Position numbers and translations under genes: made by a program. From a virus, in IMG/VR virus record IMGVR_UViG_3300043399_000509: DNA of 64,000 bases. One strand, 5' to 3'. The notes below the pieces were generated by a model. The model was not told the origin of the DNA. It was given only the letters and a program-made list of their open reading frames with translations, and did no database searches. Below are positions 9,409 to 18,332 of the stretch, in pieces (within the stretch, counting starts at the first letter, position 1; each line of letters starts with the position of its first letter).

Positions 9409-10437
9409 TCAATCCTTCAATAACAAGTTCAGTTTATCTGAGTTTCTTTCAATGTTTATGGCTTCACATGTTGGGAATGGATTTGATGATGCAAAATCAT
9501 TGATAATGATGCGTCGGGCATGGTTCACATCCATTACCAAATCACAATCTCCAAAACCAAGGTCTTTCAGCATCTTATATGTCACATTTCTATATTGTGA
9601 AGGTCGGGCTGTCATAAACACAATCTTACATCCCCTACTCATATACTTATGAAGCGTCTCAACATTCTTTTGAATGGGGGTATATTGTTGTCTGTAATAG
9701 GAGTTCTTACCATGTGAACTTTGATTGTAGCACACAACACCATCCAGATCACATACTATAGTAGGTCTGTCATTGAAAGTCAACCATTCCTTTAATGTTC
9801 CAACATTTACATAGTTTGTAACAGTAGATGTTGTGAAAATATGTCCCTGAGAAATCATGTATCCAATGATATTTGATATAAAGAGTTCTTTACCAAAATC
9901 TTTTAGATTTTCATAGGCTTTCTTATATTCATCAACAGATGCAAACTGATATCCACCAACACAGAAGGTATCAGACACAACTTGCTTTTCTACAATATTA
10001 GTGATTGTACCCTGATCATTTTGAATGATATAACTCAAGGCAGCAACACCAGCAAGATTCATATTGTCTGTCAATGTAGATGTATAAACAACATTACCCT
10101 CAACTGTCTGCATATCAAAGAAACTATCACAGTCTCTTACCATGAATGGTCCTGTAATATCGGTTCGTAGTAAGGCTTGATAAACAGTTTCAGCAGGTCC
10201 GCTGGTGGGTGTTTCAAGAATGATGATGTCCACAATATCTCCCAAACAATCCAGAATGATCTGTTCGGCATCATACATCTTTACATGTTCTCTCAAAAGA
10301 ACAATGTGAATCTTACCCGGAGTTTTCATCAAAGCCCGTTCAACCATAAGCTTCTTTGAATAATCTGTTAGAAGATACTTTGGTCTCATGCCAGGAAATC
10401 TACTTGAAAGCCCAGCACACGGAACAATCACATCCAT
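9409..10437 (-). CDS. Sugar nucleotidyltransferase fused to a HAD phosphatase
   Basis: N-terminal [12 protein letters not shown]...PKYLL; C-terminal HAD motifs CDLDGV, FMTAR and IINDF. Confidence 0.8.
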   Translation of the reverse strand: MDVIVPCAGLSSRFPGMRPKYLLTDYSKKLMVERALMKTPGKIHIVLLREHVKMYDAEQIILDCLGDIVDIIILETPTSGPAETVYQALLRTDITGPFMVRDCDSFFDMQTVEGNVVYTSTLTDNMNLAGVAALSYIIQNDQGTITNIVEKQVVSDTFCVGGYQFASVDEYKKAYENLKDFGKELFISNIIGYMISQGHIFTTSTVTNYVNVGTLKEWLTFNDRPTIVCDLDGVVCYNQSSHGKNSYYRQQYTPIQKNVETLHKYMSRGCKIVFMTARPSQYRNVTYKMLKDLGFGDCDLVMDVNHARRIIINDFASSNPFPTCEAINIERNSDKLNLLLKD

Positions 10438-11162
10438 AGTTTATTTACCTCATTTATAATATATTGTTTATCAAAATCATTTTTGCAATAGGGCAGAACC
10501 CTTAGTAACATTAGAATATTCATTTCATTTGTAATATTAATATATTGTAATGCTTGACGGATGACTAATAGTTTTTCTTCCGCTTTGTATTTTTCATGAC
10601 GAACAAACCATTTACAAATCAAATCCTGATTTAGTTTTGCCAAATCAAATACAATCGAATCATATTCACTTGTAATCAAATCAATGAAAACAAACCTATC
10701 GGCTTTCATATCGTAAAGAATGTTTTCTAATGTCAAATCTCCCAGATACTTGGTACTGAATACCATCCTTGGTAGTCTATCAATCAACATTTTTTTGGTA
10801 AATGGAAAGCTCCCAAAATCAATGTTTTCAAGTTTTTGATGATATGTTTGTGTGTAATCCTTGAACTGCCCATCATACAATAATGTATCAATGCTGTCAA
10901 GAAAAAAGTCTATAAGTTTATCTGGATTGTTATATGATAGATATGTTTTCATATCAAGCCCATGAATATATTCCATATCTAGTATATCACCAGATACCGA
11001 ATAAATCTTTGGTACATTTACAATACCAGAAAGGGATTGAAGTCTTTCAACATTTCTGGCAACATTACCTATCTTACGAACAAATAGTTTTTCACTGTCC
11101 TGTATAAGATAGACTTTGCTGCCAGAATGTCCTTGTAGTTCCTTTATTACTTTTTCTTCCAT
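10428..11162 (-). CDS. APH/choline-kinase-like phosphotransferase
   Basis: GHSG loop, VPKIY, MEYIHG, GDLTLENIL, FIDL and FDLAKL. Confidence 0.75.
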   Translation of the reverse strand: MEEKVIKELQGHSGSKVYLIQDSEKLFVRKIGNVARNVERLQSLSGIVNVPKIYSVSGDILDMEYIHGLDMKTYLSYNNPDKLIDFFLDSIDTLLYDGQFKDYTQTYHQKLENIDFGSFPFTKKMLIDRLPRMVFSTKYLGDLTLENILYDMKADRFVFIDLITSEYDSIVFDLAKLNQDLICKWFVRHEKYKAEEKLLVIRQALQYINITNEMNILMLLRVLPYCKNDFDKQYIINEVNKLWM

Positions 11163-11854
11163 AGGGGCATATCATCACGAATCAAACTATGTGGTGTTCC
11201 ATTATATAACCCTGGTGGAAACGGATTTTTCATATCAACATATATTAATCTTTCACCAACCAAACCATTATGGTGTAGATTAGCAGACATCATTTCTTCA
11301 CCATTCATTTGATATCCAATCTTATAATACGTCTCCATGTTGATATATGTAGACATGTACTGATTCATAACATACGACGAACCAAATGCAAACTGATCAT
11401 TTCCAAAGTCACGGGAGGGCACCATACGGCAGTTTGGAATGTATATTTTTGTTGGGTCTAGTTGATCAAATGGAATAGAAGAATTCAAAGCATAATCAAA
11501 TCTAGTTTTCACAACCCAATCATACTGCTGTGTCTTTACCTCATGGTCAATCTTATACAGACAGGATCGAAACATTGAATAATAGGCATATGCTGAACTT
11601 GATGCTGGAAACTTTACTGCATCAGGTGTGCGAGTATATTTGTTGTTTAGAACCTGTGAAAACACAAAGTATTCTTCTTCAACACCCTTTACTGGTTTAT
11701 ATAGATCAAATACATCATTGTTGTCATACACACCATTTTTCCAGGTGTGAATGAAAATATCACAATCATGATGATCAAGAAGATTTCGTTTTAGATATTC
11801 ATAACCTTGCTTATAGGCTCTGGGCTGACCAGAAATACATACCGCTATTCTCAT
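11147..11854 (-). CDS. Putative glycosyltransferase-like protein
   Basis: MRIAVCISGQPR...DIFIHTW...YDWVVKTRFD...NDQFAFG pattern seen in polysaccharide loci. Confidence 0.55.
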   Translation of the reverse strand: MRIAVCISGQPRAYKQGYEYLKRNLLDHHDCDIFIHTWKNGVYDNNDVFDLYKPVKGVEEEYFVFSQVLNNKYTRTPDAVKFPASSSAYAYYSMFRSCLYKIDHEVKTQQYDWVVKTRFDYALNSSIPFDQLDPTKIYIPNCRMVPSRDFGNDQFAFGSSYVMNQYMSTYINMETYYKIGYQMNGEEMMSANLHHNGLVGERLIYVDMKNPFPPGLYNGTPHSLIRDDMPLWKKK

Positions 11855-12717
11855 ATCACACCTTTATAAACATTATTCATAAACCATTTACTAAATCTAT
11901 TTGTATCGAGTTTATTATTTCTAGGATTTAGTACAGGCTTGTTCAACATATCATTATACTTATCATCGTTTTTATCAAGGTCTATGATAAAATCAATCAT
12001 GTCTTCATCACTATCAAAATCATGTCGATTGATAAATGCATCTGGATTGAAATCTATTTCTACTGTTGGACTTCCCCAATAGATTGGAATAGTTGAGCAG
12101 TATAATGCATGAAATATCTTCTCTGTCACATAACCAGGATATGATGAGTTCTCATAGCAAATATTGAACTTATGCTGTGCTAGAAAATGGAACTTGGATT
12201 TTTGAGCATTGATTCCATCTCTTGGTAGTACAAACCCTACATTGTTGAAAAGTGGTCCTCCACTATTCACTCTCTTATAGTTCGATATCCTATGAAAGAT
12301 ATTATTTCTTTCTTGACATCCACCATTAGCAACCACAAAACTACAAAACTGTTTTTGGTCAGTAGAATATAGTCTGCCCTGTCTAATATCAGGCAATCCA
12401 ATCTTCTTTAGATGAACCCAGTTATCCAATACATACAAAGGAAGTCTATAATGCCTTGAATCTTCCATATGATCAAAAGACAAGAAGAAATCGGCATTAT
12501 AGTTCCAAGGTCTTCGATTTTCACCTGTAAAGAATATCTTCACACAGTTATTATATTTTAGATTACTTTGACCAAAGGTTTCATCAGCAAAGATGAGATA
12601 TTCTGGATTCACATCATCTCTAACAATATCAAATGCTGAGGATAGAGTATCAATAAAGAACTCGTCCATTGTTGGAAAGTAGTCTGTGAATCCAAGTTTT
12701 AGTAATGGCTTTGTCAT
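11851..12717 (-). CDS. GT10 alpha-1,3/4-fucosyltransferase-like protein
   Basis: FFTGEN, FCSFVVAN, VNSGG and KFNICYENSSYPGYVTEKI...IPIYWG (GT10 motif). Confidence 0.9.
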   Translation of the reverse strand: MTKPLLKLGFTDYFPTMDEFFIDTLSSAFDIVRDDVNPEYLIFADETFGQSNLKYNNCVKIFFTGENRRPWNYNADFFLSFDHMEDSRHYRLPLYVLDNWVHLKKIGLPDIRQGRLYSTDQKQFCSFVVANGGCQERNNIFHRISNYKRVNSGGPLFNNVGFVLPRDGINAQKSKFHFLAQHKFNICYENSSYPGYVTEKIFHALYCSTIPIYWGSPTVEIDFNPDAFINRHDFDSDEDMIDFIIDLDKNDDKYNDMLNKPVLNPRNNKLDTNRFSKWFMNNVYKGVI

Positions 12718-13331
12718 ACTGTGTATACCGCATCTCTACCATGAATCATTATCTGCAACTTGTAACCTTTACTGTGTAGAAAACTATCAATGTCTGGTGT
12801 TGGGTCTTCTATTGTAATAACTGGTTTGTATTCATTGATTATGTTCTCTGCTCCATATAGGATATTCATCTCATATCCTTCAGTATCCAAAGCAATAAGA
12901 TCACATGAAGCCAAACACAAATCATCAATACGATATGTCGGTAGAAAAGATGATTCGGTTGGTCTTACAATGTTCATACCTTTGTTGTGTGCATTTGTTC
13001 TAAACACCTCAACAAGACCATTGGACTTTCCCAATGCACCTTGTGCCTTGATAACATTATCAGTTTGACAGTTCAATGTCAAACAAAAAAAGTTTAGTGG
13101 GTCTGGTTCAAAGGTATAGACAGTATCAAATGATTCGGCAAGTAATCTGGGGAATACTCCACAATAACCCCCAGCCTGAATAGCAACCCCTTTATTTTTT
13201 ACAAGTCTACTCCATACAGTGTTATATGCATCAAACCCTTCAAGGATTGATTCAAATGCAGTATCACCAATAATCTTCAACCATCGACGCTCACCGATAG
13301 TAACATTCTCAACCTGTTCTGCATATGACAT
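12714..13331 (-). CDS. FkbM-family methyltransferase
   Basis: IQAGGYCG, YTFEP, RIDDL and LIALDTEGYE. Confidence 0.85.
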   Translation of the reverse strand: MSYAEQVENVTIGERRWLKIIGDTAFESILEGFDAYNTVWSRLVKNKGVAIQAGGYCGVFPRLLAESFDTVYTFEPDPLNFFCLTLNCQTDNVIKAQGALGKSNGLVEVFRTNAHNKGMNIVRPTESSFLPTYRIDDLCLASCDLIALDTEGYEMNILYGAENIINEYKPVITIEDPTPDIDSFLHSKGYKLQIMIHGRDAVYTV

Positions 13332-13334
13332 GTA

Positions 13335-13940
13335 TTATGCCTTCACCCAAAATGAAACCTGATTTTTTGATCGTAGGAGTGGAATACGAATCTTATTTTC
13401 ATCCTTAAAGGATTTGATAGCATCATGGACATGAGGAACATGTGTATCATGTATAAAAATATAACCGCCCGATTTGATCTTGGGATACCAATCTTTTAAG
13501 TCTCGTTTGATACCATCATATGTATGATCCCCATCAAGTAAAACAAAGTCAAGGGACTCTTTACGAGAAGTCATAGCAGCCTTGTGTGAATCCATAACTT
13601 TTAGTTCATAACGATCCTTGTATGGTTCAAGGTTCTTTTCAGCAATAGTCTTATACTGATCCATATCTTCCTGACTTCTTACAGTTTCATAATCAGTATG
13701 GGGTTTATATGAATCAACCCCATATAGCATTTTGATATTTGGACATTCTTCCAGGAGAACATACGAAGATTCACCTTTGAGAACACCCACCTCCACACCA
13801 GTAATATCATCACCACGCATTCTCTTGATATATGGAACCATGGCATAGGCAGATAAGAATGTGAAAGGCCACAGTCCTGCTGACTTACATTCTTCAATAG
13901 AAAAAAACTCTGGATTACCAAGCATATCATACATCTCCAA
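13335..13940 (-). CDS. Class I SAM-dependent methyltransferase (Methyltransf_24-like)
   Basis: GVEVGVLKGES, YGVD, DFVLLDGDHTY and KSGGYIFIHD. Confidence 0.85.
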   Translation of the reverse strand: MEMYDMLGNPEFFSIEECKSAGLWPFTFLSAYAMVPYIKRMRGDDITGVEVGVLKGESSYVLLEECPNIKMLYGVDSYKPHTDYETVRSQEDMDQYKTIAEKNLEPYKDRYELKVMDSHKAAMTSRKESLDFVLLDGDHTYDGIKRDLKDWYPKIKSGGYIFIHDTHVPHVHDAIKSFKDENKIRIPLLRSKNQVSFWVKA

Positions 13941-14829
13941 ACTTTGATTTAATCCTGCTCACGAGTTCTGGAATACGATCCCACTGATGAACAACCACAA
14001 ATGGCTTATCATACTTATTGACGATTGTACCATCCTCTTTTATTGTTGGTTGAGTATCCTCATAGTACATATAATATTTCTTCCAGTTTTCTGGATTGTC
14101 CTTTATCGAACCACCAAGATCACCTGATCCAGCTTCCACAGCCTTTACTGATGTTCCAAGTTGAACTGCCCAGCCATCATCATTGGTTGTAAACCATGTA
14201 TCATTTAGAAATGGTTCTGTATTGATAAGGAAGTTATAAACAGCCTGATCAACAATAGAAATCTGTCGATTTACACTCATTTGGAAAATAAGAAGCATCA
14301 ACCCCTTGACATGCATCACATCTCCGGCAATAACACCAACATTGTTGATCATCTTGGTCTTGAGCTTATCATGGAAATATGGACCAAAGGTATCATAAAG
14401 ATTCTTATTGCCCCAAGGCTCAAACTGATATTGCATACCCTCTGATGATGCAACAAGAGAATGGAAAACCATTCCGTTTTCTAACCATGTGGATGGATTA
14501 TCCTGAAACACAACATCCCTAGTATCTGTTGTAATAACATTTCGATACTTATTACCATGAGTGTTCAAATAGTTCCACAAATAGAAAAATCTCTCGACAT
14601 GAGGAGCACCATTGTTGTGTGCAACCACATCACCATTTTCCTTTTGCTTACCATAAAGAGCAAGTTCAACACCATTCTCTGTAAGTTTATCAATTGTTGC
14701 CTTTGTCATATTTGTACCGACAATAGCAACATCACCAGTAAAGCCAGACTTACGAATAGAGTTTACCCAATACTTGAGTTTATCCCAATCATAACCAACG
14801 GCTGCACCAATAATCAAGTCTTTTTCCAA
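13927..14829 (-). CDS. Putative GT-A glycosyltransferase
   Basis: TTDTRDVVFQ (DxxD), INNVGVIAG, DQAVYNFL and VVHQWDR. Confidence 0.65.
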   Translation of the reverse strand: MEKDLIIGAAVGYDWDKLKYWVNSIRKSGFTGDVAIVGTNMTKATIDKLTENGVELALYGKQKENGDVVAHNNGAPHVERFFYLWNYLNTHGNKYRNVITTDTRDVVFQDNPSTWLENGMVFHSLVASSEGMQYQFEPWGNKNLYDTFGPYFHDKLKTKMINNVGVIAGDVMHVKGLMLLIFQMSVNRQISIVDQAVYNFLINTEPFLNDTWFTTNDDGWAVQLGTSVKAVEAGSGDLGGSIKDNPENWKKYYMYYEDTQPTIKEDGTIVNKYDKPFVVVHQWDRIPELVSRIKSKFGDV

Positions 14830-15563
14830 GGGTATTCTCCATTATGCTTTTGTTTCATTATTTCATTATACTTTGAGAAGATATCAATATCTCCACCATA
14901 TGCTTTATTCATGTCAGGTAGATTGTAGTTTAGAGTATGTAGACCAGTAGTATCATAGTTAGATTGATGTTTAACAAACGTGAAGAACCGGCGATCACCA
15001 CCCCAACCATAATGCCATATTTGGCATACATTTATGAACCATTCCCTTTTGAAGCAATATGATGATGTGTCAACCAGATGCTGAGTACCATCAGACCATG
15101 CTATGGGCCATCTTCCAATAGCCTCACAACAATCATCAGCCAAGTATTCATCGCCAACATATACTTTACGCAAGGAATAGGCAAAGTCAAGTTGTTTTTC
15201 TTCTATTGTATTGACAAGAGATTCAATATGATTTTCATCAAACCAGTTGTCTTCATCCAAAAATGCAATATAATCAGTATTGATTAGGTGTGGAAAAGCT
15301 GCATAGATACGGTGCCCATAGAAACCATTTGATCCCGTATTTTCAGGTAGAGTTGCAAACCGAACATATTCATCTTGGTTTAGATTTCGGGATTGCTCAA
15401 AAATATCTATTGTTTTCTGATAATGATGTGGTCCATCAATAACCAATAGATGATGAATATTTTTATAAGTTTGATTATGTACGCTTTGAATACATTTTAG
15501 TAGTTTATCATTACCAGTTGTTGGTGTTAGAACCGTAACTGACTTTTCTATTTTCAGTTCCAT
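14814..15563 (-). CDS. GT2-family glycosyltransferase
   Basis: VTVLTPT, SVHNQTY, LVIDG and YIAFLDEDN. Confidence 0.85.
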   Translation of the reverse strand: MELKIEKSVTVLTPTTGNDKLLKCIQSVHNQTYKNIHHLLVIDGPHHYQKTIDIFEQSRNLNQDEYVRFATLPENTGSNGFYGHRIYAAFPHLINTDYIAFLDEDNWFDENHIESLVNTIEEKQLDFAYSLRKVYVGDEYLADDCCEAIGRWPIAWSDGTQHLVDTSSYCFKREWFINVCQIWHYGWGGDRRFFTFVKHQSNYDTTGLHTLNYNLPDMNKAYGGDIDIFSKYNEIMKQKHNGEYPWKKT

Positions 15564-15566
15564 ATA

Positions 15567-16133
15567 TTACTCCGCATAGTGTAGGTAAGAACTCAATAAA
15601 AACTTTTCGCCTTTGATGACTGGACAGCCTTTATGTGGAAATAACCACATGGGTGGAAACATAAACACACTACCCTTGTTTGGTTTATTACTAATACCAA
15701 GAAGTGGAAAATCAGTATGACCACCTTCTTCAACATCATTGAGGTACCAGAAGAATACAAGGAATCTTTTGGCTGTTGAGTTGGAAACAGCATCAACATG
15801 AGTATCAAACTCATCAATGCCGTTAGCTTGATAATGCTTTATTCTAAACTCTTCAAAAGCATACTTTTCTGGCCAATAAGTAGTTTCTTCAGGCAAACGA
15901 GATTTATATTCATTGATAAGAGAGAATGACATGCCCATGATATAATCATGTATCACAGGATGAATCATTTGATGTTTGGTTAGATTTAGTTGAGTAAAGT
16001 TGGGTCTGGCTTTTTGATCATATCGTTCATGTAGTTGAGGGTTTGTACGAAACAAAGAAACCATCTCGTCACAAACCCTTGGGTCTAATGTATTATCTTT
16101 TGAGAAACAGAAATCACTCAATATTCTATTCAT
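15567..16133 (-). CDS. 2OG-Fe(II) oxygenase (prolyl-4-hydroxylase-like)
   Basis: HVD...FWYLNDVEEGGHTDF...FPHKG...K triad; start taken at MNRILS. Confidence 0.9.
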   Translation of the reverse strand: MNRILSDFCFSKDNTLDPRVCDEMVSLFRTNPQLHERYDQKARPNFTQLNLTKHQMIHPVIHDYIMGMSFSLINEYKSRLPEETTYWPEKYAFEEFRIKHYQANGIDEFDTHVDAVSNSTAKRFLVFFWYLNDVEEGGHTDFPLLGISNKPNKGSVFMFPPMWLFPHKGCPVIKGEKFLLSSYLHYAE

Positions 16134-16182
16134 AATAAAAAGCCTTTCACAGTCAATAGTATATAGTAATATTTTTACAGTA

Positions 16183-17055
16183 TCATAGTCTGGCGAACTG
16201 GAAATGCATCCAGTCGTAATTCCTTTCAATACCTAGTGAAATAGCACCTTCATCATATACAAATTCCCAGAACTTCTTGTATACTGGTCTTGCTAATGTA
16301 GCATTGCTGCGACCCCATTTCAACTGGTTATTATCAGGATCGATATCAACTGCGATACCCCAGGAATGCATTGACCATGCAGAACCGCCACGCATCTTAC
16401 GAACATTCAATGTGCCGCCCCACATATCAAGGCGAAGCTCACGAATCTTTTCCATACCATAATAATCAAGTGTACGCTGAAAGATTCGCTCCATATTGTC
16501 ATGAACTTTTCTGTGGCAGGACCATGAACGAACAGTTTGCTTTGGTTCCCAAGCAATACGCATTGGATATGGTAGATTTAGAGTTACCTGATTTGACCCA
16601 GGTTTACCATAAAATGATGTACAATCACTTTGTCTTGGCCAGTTTGATGCTGGTGTTTCTTTTACAGGCTTAGCTGTAGGAACAGGGGCAGGAGCAGGCT
16701 TTGCTCTGGCTTCATTGATATCTTCGATTCTATCCCGCCAAGTTGTAGCCAATTGTGCTGTGTATGCTTCTCGGGCATAGTTTGTCTGTGGGCCAACCAA
16801 CCCATCAATGTCTAATCCAGTTGAACCTTGAATCTTCATTGAACGATATACTGCTTGCTCAGCCGCAGTGGTGAGTCTCTTATTATTCCAACCCTTGGTA
16901 TCGATCTTATATGACTTCAATAGACTTTGAATAGCAGCAATTGTTGCCGCATCAATCTTGCCGTTAATATCACCATTATAGTGATTGTCAGCCTTTAGTA
17001 GAATTTGAATAGCAAAGTTGATATTCTCAACATGTTTTATTGTTGTGGTTGTCAT
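16183..17055 (-). CDS. Endolysin: peptidoglycan-binding domain plus M15 peptidase
   Basis: IDGLVGPQT PG-binding motif; RKMRGGSAWSMHSWGIAVD...DWMHFQ M15 Zn motifs. Confidence 0.85.
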   Translation of the reverse strand: MTTTTIKHVENINFAIQILLKADNHYNGDINGKIDAATIAAIQSLLKSYKIDTKGWNNKRLTTAAEQAVYRSMKIQGSTGLDIDGLVGPQTNYAREAYTAQLATTWRDRIEDINEARAKPAPAPVPTAKPVKETPASNWPRQSDCTSFYGKPGSNQVTLNLPYPMRIAWEPKQTVRSWSCHRKVHDNMERIFQRTLDYYGMEKIRELRLDMWGGTLNVRKMRGGSAWSMHSWGIAVDIDPDNNQLKWGRSNATLARPVYKKFWEFVYDEGAISLGIERNYDWMHFQFARL

Positions 17056-17116
17056 TGGCTTTCTTTTTCACTCCGTATGTTATAAATTCCCATTCCTCTA
17101 TAGTGTATGGTAACAT
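17027..17116 (-). CDS. Small 29-aa peptide overlapping the endolysin start
   Basis: AGGAGA RBS followed by MLPYTIEEWEFITYGVKKKANDNHNNKTC. Confidence 0.4.
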   Translation of the reverse strand: MLPYTIEEWEFITYGVKKKANDNHNNKTC

Positions 17117-17141
17117 TTTAGTTCTCCTGATATATATGAGA

Positions 17142-17168
17142 CGAAATAGGCGGGGTTTTACCCCCGCC
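17142..17168 (-). terminator. Probable intrinsic terminator after hsp20 and the lipoprotein
   Basis: GGCGGGG/CCCCGCC 7-bp stem followed by TATTTCG on the minus strand. Confidence 0.65.
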
Positions 17169-17177
17169 CATCTTTAC

Positions 17178-17324
17178 TTACTTTGCTGGCTCAGTCGTTG
17201 CTGGTGCAGTTACAGCAGGAGCATCCTTCTTTTCGGAGTTTCCATTTGTTACATCACCCTGTACCTTACAGGCACCAAGAGCAACAGCAGATAGTGCAGC
17301 AAGTGTAATTGCAAATAGACGCAT
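17178..17324 (-). CDS. Small lipoprotein, 48 aa (not in ORF track)
   Basis: MRLFAITLAALSAVALGA-C-KVQGDVTNGNSEKKDAPAVTAPATTEPAK: signal peptide II with lipobox LGAC; AAAGGA RBS. Confidence 0.75.
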   Translation of the reverse strand: MRLFAITLAALSAVALGACKVQGDVTNGNSEKKDAPAVTAPATTEPAK

Positions 17325-17343
17325 GATATAGTCCTTTCTCATA

Positions 17344-17889
17344 TTAGAGATTTAGATTTTCTAGTCGGTCTCTTTCTAGTGCATCCCGATCAAGATTACC
17401 AAGATTAACATTACCAATGTCAGCATTACCAAGGTCAACATGGAAAATTCTGCGTTCATTGATTTCAATCTTCTTAGCTTTCTTTGATTCAGGAATAAAT
17501 CGCTCAAGCCAAATCTTGAGCATTCCGTTGATAAGATCGGCATTCTTTACTTCAATTGTGTCAGCAAGAGTAAACTTGCGAGTGAAGGCCCGATCTGCAA
17601 TGCCCTTGAAAACATAATCATGTGTATCGTCTGTGGAAACAGAGCCTTTGATTGTAAGCACTCCATCTTCAAGCACAAGTTCAATGTCCTGTTTGCCAAA
17701 TCCGGCAACAGCCATTTCAATCACATAAGTGTTTTCTCCGGTCTTTTTGATATTGTATGGAGGATAGGAAGGAAGTTTGGCTAAGTTGGTGTGAAAGTCA
17801 CTCATCTTTTTGAAAACATCATCAAAGCCTACAGCACCCTTAGCAAAGTCATTTAGAAGTGATGTATTGAAAATATCTAGTTTAGTCAT
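17344..17889 (-). CDS. hsp20: Small heat-shock protein (Hsp20, IbpA-like)
   Basis: SYPPYNI, IEMAVAGF, KGIADRAFTRKFTLAD, NGML and the IEI motif; extra C-terminal tail. Confidence 0.95.
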   Translation of the reverse strand: MTKLDIFNTSLLNDFAKGAVGFDDVFKKMSDFHTNLAKLPSYPPYNIKKTGENTYVIEMAVAGFGKQDIELVLEDGVLTIKGSVSTDDTHDYVFKGIADRAFTRKFTLADTIEVKNADLINGMLKIWLERFIPESKKAKKIEINERRIFHVDLGNADIGNVNLGNLDRDALERDRLENLNL

Positions 17890-17992
17890 TGTTCATACTC
17901 CTTGAATAAGCGAGTTGTTTTTAGTTAGTTATTCTTCCGTTCGGCAAGAATGGGTGTTGGGTACGCAAAACCTTTTTAACCCCAACACCATT
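17890..17992 (-). promoter_or_regulatory. Structured hsp20 5' leader with a ROSE-like RNA thermometer hairpin
   Basis: CUC(G)CUU-auuc-AAGGAG hairpin (17914-17898) masks the SD; two further hairpins lie upstream. Confidence 0.7.
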
Positions 17993-17993
17993 A

Positions 17994-18022
17994 TATATAA
18001 CACATTTTATGTGGTTTGTCAA
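17994..18022 (-). promoter_or_regulatory. Sigma70-like promoter of hsp20
   Basis: TTGACA-N17-TATATA. Confidence 0.55.
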
Positions 18023-18026
18023 GTGG

Positions 18027-18332
18027 TTAGTAACAAAAAGTATCACCGCTTCCTTCAGCAGTTTGATTTTCAGTTGGAGCAAGATGTTTCGGGCTTGCAC
18101 AATCACTTGTTGTTTGATCCGGCCCATGAACAATGATATTCTTATTTTCTACAAATATTGTAGACCCTGTGGTGTTTGTTAAAGCACCACCCCCGTGTGT
18201 ATTTTTATCACCAACAACAGCCCAAAGTTGATTATTTACATAAACCGTGGATTGTCCTGTTACCACTGTTGTGGCACCACAAGCACGAGAATGGCCATGA
18301 ATGTGTGCTGCCTTTGCCATTATGAACCACAC
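18027..18332 (-). CDS. PAAR-domain spike tip protein (gp5.4-like)
   Basis: AAHIHGH..CG, STVYVNN...VGD..THG, GSTIFVENK and AEGSGDTF; the true start may be MAKAAH. Confidence 0.8.
   Translation of the reverse strand: MWFIMAKAAHIHGHSRACGATTVVTGQSTVYVNNQLWAVVGDKNTHGGGALTNTTGSTIFVENKNIIVHGPDQTTSDCASPKHLAPTENQTAEGSGDTFCY

Noticed and set aside
4955-16133. Glycan island as a DNA hypermodification locus
   Set aside because: No dCMP hydroxymethylase/hydroxylase, dCTPase or T4-type alpha/beta glucosyltransferase is recognisable here. It remains an alternative only, since such genes could lie outside the window.
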